Source: a virus. From it: DNA of 64,000 nucleotides. Of the stretch, positions 9,725 through 19,882 are shown piece after piece; within the stretch, counting starts at the first letter, position 1; the number at the start of each line of letters is the position of its first letter. The notes beneath the pieces are model-generated. The model was not told the origin of the DNA, made no database searches, and worked only from the letters and a program-made list of their open reading frames with translations. Position numbers and translations under genes: made by a program. Location of the stretch: the IMG/VR virus record IMGVR_UViG_3300013307_000003, positions 8,530 to 72,529 of that record; one strand, written 5' to 3'.

Positions 9725-10101
9725 GTCATCACCTCCCCAACCACGTCGAACGCTTCCTCAATTGACCTCACAATCACACTTTTTCCCGCGTCCGCAAGCA
9801 CCTTCTGCCCCGGCCTGACAGTCCCTTTCGGCGTCTTCACTTCAATGCCGATGTAGCCGAGACGAATTGGGCACCACACAAAAATGTCCGGTGTGTCCAC
9901 GTCGTTTCCGCCACGATCGGCGCGCCATTGGCCGACCCGAAAAACAGTGCGACCGCGGAGTGTCAAGCCGTCGTAGATTCCCTTCACGATGTCGGCCTCT
10001 CGGATCGTGCGCGAATATGCGGTTTTAGCCGAGCCAGAGCCATTCTCGTGGCGTTTGCGCCGCGAAGCGGGTATTTGTACCCCTGCACGTTTTTCTGTCA
10101 C
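9721..10101 (-). CDS. VRR-NUC/PD-(D/E)XK nuclease (Holliday-junction resolvase candidate)
   Basis: EADIV..TPDIF..GIEVKTPKGTVRPGQ motif. Confidence 0.75.
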   Translation of the reverse strand: MTEKRAGVQIPASRRKRHENGSGSAKTAYSRTIREADIVKGIYDGLTLRGRTVFRVGQWRADRGGNDVDTPDIFVWCPIRLGYIGIEVKTPKGTVRPGQKVLADAGKSVIVRSIEEAFDVVGEVMT

Positions 10102-12918
10102 AAATTGCCTCCTGCGCCATCGCGCCGGACGACGAAATATTCGCCGCTCAGAAACTTGCATGCTATATCGTAGAGATCGGGGTCCTGCTCCATCACGTGA
10201 AAGCATTTTCGGACAAACGGATTAGCGTCGGTCGCAGTCACTTCTCGGACGCGCTGAAACTCACTCCCGCCTTTGCCCTTCCACAGCGAATAAGTCTGTT
10301 CAGTCCTCATCTGCTTCCTCCTCCTGTCCCACGTTCGCCGCAATCAACGCTATCGTCGGCGTCTCGCGCCTCCACGTCCCAGCCCCGCACTCGGGGTTGT
10401 TGACCCACCAATTACCGTCCGCGTGGTGTTCAAGCGTCGCACCAACCGGCATCGCGATTATCAACCTGGCGAGTTCAGCGAGTGCTTCTGTCTCGTCGCG
10501 TTGCCTGATAATCTCATCTGTGGACGCCAACACGTAGCCGCCCCATTCGGATTTCGGCGTCGGCTCGTCCTTATGCAGATAGCATTTCCCGGCATTGTGC
10601 GGCCCGCTGAAGCGCACGCCGCAGATGCAGCAGGTCTTGCACATGTAGTCGCCGTCGGGCCAGTCGTGTTCCGTGCTCATAGCGCTTGCTCCAATCCTAA
10701 GACCTGCATCGCTTTATCCGCTTCCTCGTTAGCGTCTTCGTAGTCGCCGTACCGAAGGCTTGTTAAGGCAAACGCCAGTTCTCTGTGTGCATAGCGCAAG
10801 GTCATGGCGTTTGCAGCCAGCTTTTTGATGTCGCAGGGGTTACTTGGGTACAAGTCCACGCATTTGTTCAGGCATCGAATGATCTTGGCAGCGACAAACC
10901 TGTCATTGTTATTCACGCCGTCCCACTCCTCACTCCCATCCCACTGCCGCCACCATCACGCACCCAGCGCGATCGGTATTCGCGGTCCTCGGCTTCGGCC
11001 ATGCAAACGCCGCAGACGGGCTTATCTCCAGGCTCCGCCCAATCAGCCGCGTCTGCACCGCACAGGCTCATTTGCTTCTATCCTTGTGCAAAATCCCGAA
11101 CTTACACGCCCCCCCAATCCCACACGTCGGGCAACTCTTTGGATACGGCTGGTCGTGGTTCCACAGCCACGCGCGGCAGGTTTTTGGCGGCTCCTGCGCC
11201 TCTTCAAGTTCCGGCTTCTGATCGCGCTGCCAGCACTGAAACGCCTCCCACGCCTGAGCGCTTACGATCCGCTCGTCGGGGCTGAGGTGGAGCGGTTCGG
11301 CGCGGCCGGCGTTGTAGGCGTCCACTAGCGCGTCTGCTACGTCAATCACGCTCAGGGAGCCGTCTTTGCGGATCGTGTCGGCGGCTTTGATAACTGCGTC
11401 TCGATATTCCATCACGCCGCCTCCGCTTCCATCGCCGATTTGCAAGCCCGGTACACATCATCGCAATCCGGCATCCTATAACGCGCCTCATCGTCAGACG
11501 CGTACACGAGGAAGCGGATCATTCCCCGGCAACTATCCTCCGTGCCGACCTCGCAAATCATCGCCGCTCGTTCTGCTCGCGCAACTACCTTGGCGTTACA
11601 TGAGCGGCACCTGCTTTGCTGATCCACTACCATTCTAAGCAGTTTTCGATAGGTGTCCATTACGCCTCCTCCCTGCCGTCCAGACACCCGCACGAAATCA
11701 ACTGTCCTTTGCAACGTGGACACTGCTCCATGTCGCAACCCGGATGATGAAAGCCGCCGGCCTTCACGCGGCAATCGTGGCAGCAGTTGTTGTGGTCGTG
11801 GACGCCGTGTTCGCCCCAGTCGTCTCCGTACTTGATTTGCGGCAGTCGTGTGCCGTCCGGGAACTCTATCGGTTCCTCGTTACAAGTATCCGTCTTCAGC
11901 ATGTCGCGGTCACAATCGGTACAAATAGACATCACGCTTCCTCCCCCTCCTCACTGTCCCACTCCCACTTGTCCAGCGCCTTGAGCGCGGCATCCACGAC
12001 AGATCGCATCGGCAACTCAAGCCCGTACCATATCTTATGCTTGCTGCGGCACGCTGTTTCCAGCAGTTCCGTGAACTCGAACTTCGCGTCGTCTGGCAAG
12101 GCGTCGATCACTTCCGGGAGCAGGTTGCGGTCGCGGCAGTAATCTTTCGCTCGCATCCACTTGAAGAGGTTCCTCTTTTCTGCCTCTGCGTCGTGCCACA
12201 GTTCAGAATTATTCGGGCAGATTTCATAACCGCAAGCGTTCATCATTGCGCGGTTCAGGTCGTCGTCACTTGGTATCATACTCGTCTCTCCCTTCGGTGA
12301 TGCCCGCACCTACGCCTTCAGCCGTTGCATATCTCTCTTGGCTTGCTCTAAGCACGCAATCAGATTGCTAACCGCCTCCTCGTCCATCGGCCCGCTGTGC
12401 CCCTGCACCATAACGCCTTGTGCGCTCGCCGATATATCAAAGAAGATGGCTGTCGGCTCCAGAGTTCTTCGATACCGCGTGACGACTCCGGTCGCCGCAG
12501 AACTCTCCTTGCCGACAAACCCTTGCGGCTGGACGGCGGTATCGGGTTGCCGCTTCATCCAATCGCACCGATCCCGCGACACATTAAGATCCAGGTATTT
12601 TCCAGAAACAGGAGGCGTATCGCTGATCTGCATCATCAGCGTGTCTTCATTCAACCGCTCAATCGAAATCATCGTCCTTCTCTCCTTGCTGCTGCTGCTG
12701 CTCGGTGCGCGCGGGGCGGCTTACCAGTTGTCGTTCGGTCCCGGTGCGTCGTGGTCGGGGTCTTCGTCTTGGACCGGCGGACCTGGACAATCCCGGTCAA
12801 GTTCCATCTCACCGCACTTGCAGATCGTGCAATATGCAAGGGTGCCTTCACATACCCCGCAGTACGGACAGCCGCAGTCGCACTCTGCGGGCGTCATCAA
12901 TTTGTGTCCTTTTCCCAC
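10098..12918 (-). other. run of small hypothetical early genes, several Cys-rich (10098-10310, 10300-10680, 10677-10916, 11068-11412, 11412-11660, 11660-11935, 11932-12279, 12310-12672, 12721-12918)
   Basis: Tightly coupled ORFs with RBSs. Confidence 0.55.
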
Positions 12919-13047
12919 TTCAGTCTCCTTTTGGCCGTTTCAAATTCAATCCAATCTGCGCATGAACCACAATCATCTGTAGCGCGTCCGGCTCCGCTTC
13001 CTGTGCCAACCGCGTGCACGTCTGGAGCTGCGAGCGGAGGGAACGGA

Positions 13048-13680
13048 TTACGCAGCGTTGCCTTCACCGAAAAAGCCGTTGACTATATCGCGGGGCGGGT
13101 TTTTTGCTAGCGCGTCCAGCGCTTCCGCAAACTTCTCTGCGGGTTCGGTGAGCATCGGCGACTGTCTCACATGTTCACGATGTAACTTTGCAGGCTCGCT
13201 GTTCATGTCCAGCATCGTCTGCTTAACCGCCAATTGGCCGATGACTTTTTGAATGACAGCGCGGCCAGGTGGGTCGTGCTCGTCGTCCTTCGCTAGCATT
13301 CCCATTGCCTCGTAGCAGTAATTCCGCTGTTCTTGGGTGTCCAGCCACATCACCAAGTCTGAGAGTTCTTTGAGCGTCCATATCTCGTTCGGCGTTCCGA
13401 TCAGCCTGTGAATTTTCGTCGCCACTTCCGATGGGCGCAGGTAGGCTATGGGGCGGATAGACGCTTCACCGGAGTTGTCTGTGGCAAATCCCACGCAGTC
13501 ACCGGACGCTGTAAAACACGGTTGGTTGACTTGAATTCCTGCAAGTCGCCCGATCCATGCGGCCCATAGTCGCGCCGGCATTCGCTGGTTGGTTTCTTTC
13601 AGTCGCTCAGCAGCGTTTACATCCGCCTCGAAGTTTCGAGGGCGCGGCAACCGAGCTTTCACATTGACTGCAGCAGGCAT
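13048..13680 (-). CDS. hypothetical protein downstream of replication initiator
   Basis: 210 aa ORF; position typical of a replication accessory gene. Confidence 0.55.
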   Translation of the reverse strand: MPAAVNVKARLPRPRNFEADVNAAERLKETNQRMPARLWAAWIGRLAGIQVNQPCFTASGDCVGFATDNSGEASIRPIAYLRPSEVATKIHRLIGTPNEIWTLKELSDLVMWLDTQEQRNYCYEAMGMLAKDDEHDPPGRAVIQKVIGQLAVKQTMLDMNSEPAKLHREHVRQSPMLTEPAEKFAEALDALAKNPPRDIVNGFFGEGNAA

Positions 13681-14633
13681 GGCTTCTCACTTTCTGCCAG
13701 CGGCGGAGGAGGCACAACAGCCGCCTTTGCCCTCCTTCGGCGTTCTTCTTGCTCGGCAAGTAACTTTGCTTCGCGTTCCCGTTCGGCATCGGCTCGCTCT
13801 TGCGCCTCCCGTGCCGACAGTTCGGCTTCGTCCTCCACGACTTCATCGGGAATGACAGGCTTGCCATTTCCGCTGCGCCGTATCCAATTCCGGGCGGTCG
13901 CTTGCCAGTCACGCATCGGGTTTCGCCCCACCATCCAGCCGTTGCCGGTGTAGTGGTCGAAATAAAATCGGGCTTCTGCCCCAGTCGAACCGTTCGCCCT
14001 GAAGAAATCACCGACAGTCTTCGCAGCAGGCGGCTCGAATTTTCGGCGAATTTTCTGCACATTCGAATTCGAAGTGCCGTGCGTGGCGTGATTTTCGCCC
14101 GTCAGGGCAGGCGCTTGCGCCTCAACTCTCTCTTCCGAAGGTGAAAGAGAAGGTGAAACAGAAAGAGAAGGAGAAGGTGAAAGAGAAACGCTGTTTTCTG
14201 CCGTTTCTTGCTGTTTCTTGCTGCTGCCGTCTCGAAGTGCTTCAGCGTATGCTGTATATTGCTGATTGGCGGGGAACCTGGACCCGGTATCAGCAAGGCG
14301 TTTGTCTGAATTGATGTAGCTTTGCCGCTTGAACCACGTCTGCGGCGGGAACGCTATGTACTGCTTGCCATCTACTTCGTACAGGTCCCAAAGTCCCAAC
14401 TCGGCAATCTTCTCTAACACGGCTTGCACTTGCGCGGTCGTCTCATCGAAGCCAGGACAAACCAGCATCTTGAACTCGCGAGGATTTCCAGGCAGCCGCC
14501 CCCAGTCATCCGCCTGAGGTATCGCCATTAGGTACATTGCCACCGCGTTGTGACCAAATATCGAAAGGTCAGCAATTCTGGCATCTTGACTAACGTCTGT
14601 TGAGACTTCACGCTTGCGGCTCATCTGCGCCAT
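13659..14633 (-). CDS. phage replication initiator (start may be 14624)
   Basis: N-terminal ADDWGR..W..RQ domain, SPSPSLS linker, C-terminal YFDHYTGNGWMVGRNPMRDWQATARNW. Confidence 0.7.
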   Translation of the reverse strand: MAQMSRKREVSTDVSQDARIADLSIFGHNAVAMYLMAIPQADDWGRLPGNPREFKMLVCPGFDETTAQVQAVLEKIAELGLWDLYEVDGKQYIAFPPQTWFKRQSYINSDKRLADTGSRFPANQQYTAYAEALRDGSSKKQQETAENSVSLSPSPSLSVSPSLSPSEERVEAQAPALTGENHATHGTSNSNVQKIRRKFEPPAAKTVGDFFRANGSTGAEARFYFDHYTGNGWMVGRNPMRDWQATARNWIRRSGNGKPVIPDEVVEDEAELSAREAQERADAEREREAKLLAEQEERRRRAKAAVVPPPPLAESEKPCLLQSM

Positions 14634-14723
14634 TCCTCCGGTGTCTTCGAGCCTTTAGAGCTATTGCACGCCCGCCATCGCGAGCAGAAGTAGCCTTTCC
14701 GTATCGTTGAACTTCCGGGCCAT
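14621..14723 (-). pseudogene. internally deleted HNH endonuclease remnant
   Basis: MARKFNDTERLLLLAMAG joined out of frame to RACNSSKGSKTPEEWRR*, an HNH C-terminal motif; stop overlaps ATG at 14624. Confidence 0.55.
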
Positions 14724-14856
14724 TTCGTCACCTAATAAACGAAAACGGGCGGGTGCTCTCTGCGGGGCCAGCCGCTTCGAACACCCACCCTCGGATTGCC
14801 ACGAGTGCATCCGTCTGTATAGTATGGCTTCTGGCCTAGCCATACCGAAATGTGTT

Positions 14857-15870
14857 CTATCGAGCCATTGCCGCCAAAGTCTGTGCTGATGCGGCTGGTT
14901 GCTCGTCCGCAAAAGGATCGGCGGGTTCGCCACTCAATTCCAGGTCTGCTGCTTCATCTTCAGGTTTCGGTTTTGGCTTATCGTCCGGTCGAATAATGCC
15001 GCCTTCGGTAAGCGCGTGAACCCAGGCGTCATCTGTGAGTTGCATGACATTGCTAATGTCGCTTGCGAGCGGCTTGTCCATCTTGCAGAGCGCCTTAGCA
15101 AGATATTTTGGGTCTCCGTCGTAGCCGAGTTTCTTGAGCCGCGCCGCGAATTCTTTACCCTTAGCAAGCGCCGCTTTATCGGCCTCCGCTTTGGCCGTTG
15201 CGCGCTCCTGCGCTTCCTTCTTCGCGGCGGCTTTCACCGCTTCTTCGTCGTAAATCTCGCCAGTCTCCGTATCGACGCCTGCGGGTGGCAGATTTACATT
15301 GGGGACATTCTCAGCCTGTGCCATTTCGTCGGAGGTATAAACGCCGGATAGCTCGGCAGGAAACGCCTTCCGAAGCGCCTGACTTTCAGCACATTTCGCA
15401 ATCATTACGTCAGGCATTTTCTGCCACTGGTCGCCGAGTCGACCGTTGAAGTTCTGAGCGAAAGACTTGAAGAGTGCCACGCCCCACACCGGCGTCTTGA
15501 AACCGTTGCGCCATACGCCGACTTTCGCCGCGAGCGGCAAGCCATTCGAAAGCCACACGTCTTTCCAAATGCCGTCTTCGCCGCACCAGAACGGGCCTTC
15601 TTGACCCGCGTATTCGCCCGTGCGAGCTGCGATCAGCCTGAACCCGTCAATGCTCGCGTCGATGCACAGCTTGCCGCCGCGCTTAATTGCATAGATCTGC
15701 TTCGCGAAAGGATCGAGCCCGGTTCGCTGGCACACCGCGACGAATAGTTCGAATTCGTTTGGCGTTATGTCTCGTGGACAAAGGGTCTTGCGGAGAAGGT
15801 CACGCTTCTCCTCGTCGAATAGAACGGGCGCTTCATGCGGCTTGTGCAACGCGATCTCGTCTGTACTCAT
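14857..15870 (-). CDS. bet: ssDNA-annealing recombinase, Bet/RecT family
   Basis: CQRTGLDPFAKQIY..SIDGFRLIAARTGEYAGQ..WQKMPDVMIAKCAESQALRKAFP. Confidence 0.9.
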   Translation of the reverse strand: MSTDEIALHKPHEAPVLFDEEKRDLLRKTLCPRDITPNEFELFVAVCQRTGLDPFAKQIYAIKRGGKLCIDASIDGFRLIAARTGEYAGQEGPFWCGEDGIWKDVWLSNGLPLAAKVGVWRNGFKTPVWGVALFKSFAQNFNGRLGDQWQKMPDVMIAKCAESQALRKAFPAELSGVYTSDEMAQAENVPNVNLPPAGVDTETGEIYDEEAVKAAAKKEAQERATAKAEADKAALAKGKEFAARLKKLGYDGDPKYLAKALCKMDKPLASDISNVMQLTDDAWVHALTEGGIIRPDDKPKPKPEDEAADLELSGEPADPFADEQPAASAQTLAAMAR

Positions 15871-15901
15871 CGGGCCAGTCTCCTTACCATTTGTTATACG
15901 C

Positions 15902-15967
15902 ATATTACCCTGATTGTACCCTATATGTCAATACATTTGACAAAAGATAGGGTACAGGTGGTATACT
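15902..15967. promoter_or_regulatory. divergent promoters with operator inverted repeat
   Basis: TTGACA on both strands (15926-31, 15937-42); TGTACCCTAT/ATAGGGTACA (15915-24, 15947-56); TATACT 15962-67. Confidence 0.65.
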
Positions 15968-15973
15968 TTTGCT

Positions 15974-16222
15974 ATGGCCGAAAATTCTAAAAAACAACAG
16001 TTCAATCTTCGCCTCAACCCGGTTGCCGAGCAGCAACTTGAAGAATTGGCCGCGCACTACAATCTCAGCAAGGCCGCGATAATCAAAATGGCTGTTTCAC
16101 ATCTGCACCGGCAGTATTTTCCTGACGCGCCTCCTGACGCCGATGACTTGTTTGCGGACGAAGCCCCACCCCACCCACCACCCCCGACCGGGACGCCGCC
16201 GACGCCGACCGGGAAGGGGTGA
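15974..16222 (+). CDS. ribbon-helix-helix (CopG/Arc-like) regulator
   Basis: QQFNLRL...LEELAAHYNLSKAAIIKMAV; ATG 7 nt after -10, so possibly leaderless. Confidence 0.7.
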   Translation: MAENSKKQQFNLRLNPVAEQQLEELAAHYNLSKAAIIKMAVSHLHRQYFPDAPPDADDLFADEAPPHPPPPTGTPPTPTGKG

Positions 16223-16348
16223 AGAAGCGGGGCTTGTGACGGTAGCTCTCGCGGAGCGGCTTGTTGTCGGACGGCCAATAGAGGCCGCACGGACAGAGCG
16301 AGCCTGTCGGGAGTTGCCAGGTGGGGCGCTGGCAGCGTGGGCAGTTGG

Positions 16349-17179
16349 TCATGCGGCTTCGTCCTCTTCGTCGTCGAGGCCGAGCGTGCCCTGCGCCAGT
16401 CGCTTGATAACTTCCTGGCAGTACTGCTCGCTCAGTTCGATCCCAATGGCGCGGCGGTTCATGCGTTTTGCGGCGCGCAGGCCGGAGCCGCTCCCCATGA
16501 AAGGCTCTAGGATCACGTCTCCAGGCTTACCGAACCGCTCGAAGCACCACGTCGCGAGGTAGACCGGCTTTTGGTTCGGGTGGAACCGCTTCTCGGTGCG
16601 CTCGCTGCCTTTGAGTAGGCCGTTCCAGCGGTGTTGGCATATTCGGACTGCGCCACCATGATTGGACCACGCGAGTTCAGCATCCGCAAAGCACGCAGTA
16701 TTCTCCTTGTCCCACACGATCCACGATGACGAAGAGGGCAGAGACGCGCTGTAGTGGTTCGCGCCCCACCAGACGTGCCGCGCTTTCGGGAACGCCGCAG
16801 AACATGCACAAAACGCTTCTGTGGCGGTGTCCGTGCTGTCGTCGCCGATTACGACCGGATAGACATTTGCTGGGATCACTTTCGTACGTCCGGCGGTCCC
16901 GCCGGACGTTTGGCCCAATCGTGTTTTTATAGGCGGTCCGTGTAAGGTTTTACCGAACGGCTTCCCCGCGCCGACCGGAACGGTCGGCGCGGTTGTGGTT
17001 AAGAGAGGGTTTGCCGACGGCCTGCCGTTGAAATGCCCACTCGTCTGCACGCTCTGAATGCCGTACGGCGGATCAGCCCACACGAACGAGACACCCGCAT
17101 CCTTCAACTGCGGCAGAACATCGAACACGTTCGCACAGAAGATCGTTATGCCGTCCTGATTGTAAACAGGCTCGATCAC
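16349..17179 (-). CDS. orphan DNA N6A/N4C methyltransferase (beta class)
   Basis: DPPY precedes HPNQKP and EPFMGSGS. Confidence 0.9.
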   Translation of the reverse strand: MIEPVYNQDGITIFCANVFDVLPQLKDAGVSFVWADPPYGIQSVQTSGHFNGRPSANPLLTTTAPTVPVGAGKPFGKTLHGPPIKTRLGQTSGGTAGRTKVIPANVYPVVIGDDSTDTATEAFCACSAAFPKARHVWWGANHYSASLPSSSSWIVWDKENTACFADAELAWSNHGGAVRICQHRWNGLLKGSERTEKRFHPNQKPVYLATWCFERFGKPGDVILEPFMGSGSGLRAAKRMNRRAIGIELSEQYCQEVIKRLAQGTLGLDDEEDEAA

Positions 17180-17252
17180 GCCCCTCCCCCACCTTCCCCC
17201 GCGCCCGCCGCCGCCGCTGCAAACAGACTGCCGACGGCTCTCTGTGCCATTC

Positions 17253-17510
17253 TCATTCGTGCCTCGCTTTCAACTCGTGCAGTAGGTCCATATTGTCAAT
17301 CGCGCACTTGCAGGCGATCACTACGCCGTCAGCCCATAACTTCGGCGCGTCGCCGTTGTTGAATGTCGCGACTGCACCGGCTGCGATTACGCGAGCGCAG
17401 AGGTAGAACCCGCGCTCGCGCTCCGTCAGGTTGCGCTCGACTTCTTCAGGGAGCGACAGTGCGGCGAGCGTCGATTGCTCGCGGTTGACTTGCTTTTTGC
17501 GCTTGCTCAT
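17253..17510 (-). CDS. hypothetical protein
   Basis: 85 aa ORF with GAGG RBS. Confidence 0.55.
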   Translation of the reverse strand: MSKRKKQVNREQSTLAALSLPEEVERNLTERERGFYLCARVIAAGAVATFNNGDAPKLWADGVVIACKCAIDNMDLLHELKARHE

Positions 17511-17662
17511 TCAGTCGGCCTCGCTTTCGAATGCTTGAGGAGCCTCGCGGTATATCCGTGCGACGCGTCGGCCAGTGGCGTAATAACGCCCGTACGTGGC
17601 CTCCCTTTGTTAGCGGTCGCAGTTCGTTCTGTTTCGGTTCCCATGCTCAAACGGCTCCTCAA

Positions 17663-17741
17663 CTCCCTCAGCAGGTTCCGCCCCTACGCCCGAACGCCGC
17701 TTTGGAGGCTTCGCGTCCTGCTCTCTATGAGCTATGAGGGA
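17663..17741 (-). tRNA. atypical tRNA-Trp(CCA)-like element
   Basis: TCCCTCA/TGAGGGA acceptor, TA, GCTC/GAGC D-stem, CTCCAAA loop, GTAGG/CCTGC T-stem with non-canonical loop GGCGGAA, discriminator G, no encoded CCA. Confidence 0.5.
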
Positions 17742-17929
17742 AAGGTTCCGGGGGCCGCGTCCGTTATGGGCGTCCACGGCCTCGGTGTTTTTTTTGATCG
17801 TTGCTCGCACTGCGGCTCACATGGCACACCTCGCTTTCGTCGTCTGGAACGTAGGGGGCCGATCCTGCGCGGCACTCCGGGCGGTTCGGCGTCGTGTTCC
17901 GGTGGGTGGGGTTTCGGGTCGCACATCTG

Positions 17930-18256
17930 TTACATGTTGTTCGCGCCGATCATGCTGTGCGGAATGGTGCGGCTGTAGTTGCCCGCATTCCACTCGGCGC
18001 ATACTTCAGCGTGAAGCGCAATCTCTTCCGGTGTCGAGCATTGCGTGTCGGGCTGGAACTTGCGCGGATCGCCGCCTACGAACAACCCATAGACGGGGGA
18101 GTTCATCTCGTCTTGGAATTCCATGTGGCACTTCAGGCACATCGGCTCATAGATCGAACCGTACGATGCTTTCGAGTCCGTGATGTCTTGTTCGCAGAAA
18201 TGACACTTCACGACGCCACCACCGCATTCAGAACACGTTCCTATGATCTTGTCCAT
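17930..18256 (-). CDS. Cys-rich hypothetical protein
   Basis: CxxC motifs, GGAGG RBS. Confidence 0.5.
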   Translation of the reverse strand: MDKIIGTCSECGGGVVKCHFCEQDITDSKASYGSIYEPMCLKCHMEFQDEMNSPVYGLFVGGDPRKFQPDTQCSTPEEIALHAEVCAEWNAGNYSRTIPHSMIGANNM

Positions 18257-18663
18257 TTTCTGCCTCCTGCCGTTTCTGCCCATGCTTTAATCCGTTCGGC
18301 TACTGTGTTTATAGCAATGATAGCTTTGCTTAAGCTAACGTCTATCGGCGTTGTAGCGTATGTGTCGTTCAAGTGAATCTCCAGACTCCATAGGTAGCCT
18401 TCGACCAACACTTCCTTTTGGAACTTGGTAAAGTGCGGCGCAAAATCAAACTGCTCTAACTGCTTCACTGCGCGCGCCATAGATTCAATGCGGTTGTCCG
18501 AGCTGTGTTCAAACCATATATGCGGCCAACGATAACCATGCCCGCAGCACGACGCGGTAGTAGCGAATCCGGCAGCGTTGAGAGCGTCGCAAAGAGGGAT
18601 AATCTCTTCGTCTAGTTTTTCCGGATAGTTAGGATCAAATCGAACCGTCTTGTAGTCGCTCAT
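18241..18663 (-). CDS. TYW3-like (putative SAM-dependent RNA methyltransferase fold) protein
   Basis: LDEEIIPLCDALN..TTASCCGH resembles the TYW3 D..I..L...N..TTSSCSG motif. Confidence 0.5.
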   Translation of the reverse strand: MSDYKTVRFDPNYPEKLDEEIIPLCDALNAAGFATTASCCGHGYRWPHIWFEHSSDNRIESMARAVKQLEQFDFAPHFTKFQKEVLVEGYLWSLEIHLNDTYATTPIDVSLSKAIIAINTVAERIKAWAETAGGRKWTRS

Positions 18664-19741
18664 TTACTTGCCTCTCTGCCGATCGCGAGTGGCAACCATC
18701 GGAGCTTCTTCGTAGGGCTTATCGCCCTTGCGTGGGTATTTCTTCCGTTCATCCCACCAGCCACCAGTCCAATAAAACGGCAAGAGTGTTGGTCGCCCTC
18801 TGAAATCTCTTGCGCCAGAAGGGTACGGGCAGTCAAGAATAGATTTGCCATTTCGGTAGTCCGATGCGCCTCGGTGGTAGGCGTCCTTTTGATGGTCCGA
18901 AGGAATGATAACCATCATTCCGTCACCACCATCGCCCTCGCCTCCCCACACCCACCCCCTCGCCCAACCTCCCGGCTCGGGTCGAAGATGGAGGGTTTGT
19001 AATCGAATGGGATTGCGCCGACGTTGGCCGCACGCGTGCGGCGATCCCATTCGGCATCTTCTGTGGCGAGCGCGGTCATTTGCGCTTCAAGCAGGGCAAT
19101 GTGGGCCTCGGCGCGCGCTACTGTTTCGCGTGCCTCTCGCAGCATTCCGGCCGCGAGGTAGAGTTGGTCGCGCTTCGTTTTGATCTCGCGCAGCACGTCG
19201 CCTTGGGTGCGCTCGGTTGTCGTGGTCATTTGCTTCTCCCTATCCTCGTAATCATCGCCTTGGCGCGTCCGAACACCTGGCGTGCTTCCTTGCGCTGCTG
19301 GATGAGGTCGTAGGCGGCGAGGCAGTGCGGGCACTCGGCAAGGCGTTTGTTCATCGTGTCGGCGGACGCGTAGTCAACCTGTGTCTCGCCGTCCCAGTCC
19401 ACGACATACCGTGAGCTTTGCAGTGCGCGTCGAAGGTGGTTGTTGGAGTGCACGCCGTCATCGCCTACATCCTCCCATTGCGGGCATTGCCTGAGTGCGT
19501 TGCCAATTTTGCGCGTCAGACACTTCACGAGTTCCTGCGCCTCGACGTACCGCCTGCACACTTCGATCGCTCGCGTCTCCTCGGTCATTTTCTTAACCTC
19601 TTGTGCATAATTCCGAAAAAGAAGGGTCCGATCACGAAGCCGAACCACTTATATGGTCCTTGCGATACCGTCAGGTCGTAAAGCGCGGCCGTTGGAGTGG
19701 AGTAGCCGACAAGGATTGAAAACGGGTCGCGTCCGATCATC
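18664..19741 (-). other. run of small hypothetical genes (18664-18918, 18915-19229, 19226-19588, 19585-19741)
   Basis: Coupled ORFs. Confidence 0.5.
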
Positions 19742-19882
19742 TCCACACCCCCTTCACAACCAGCCACACCAGCCCGATCAATATCCACCCGACTACCGAG
19801 AGGCAACCCCAGGCAACCGCGCCCGCGCCTTCGTCGTGGCGCTCGGGGTCGTAGTCAGTCGCGGCGTCTTGCTGTTGCTGTG

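Noticed and set aside
17475-17978. ORF-track proteins across the 17.5-17.9 kb gap
   Set aside because: No RBS or coupling, and biased composition; RNA structure explains the region better
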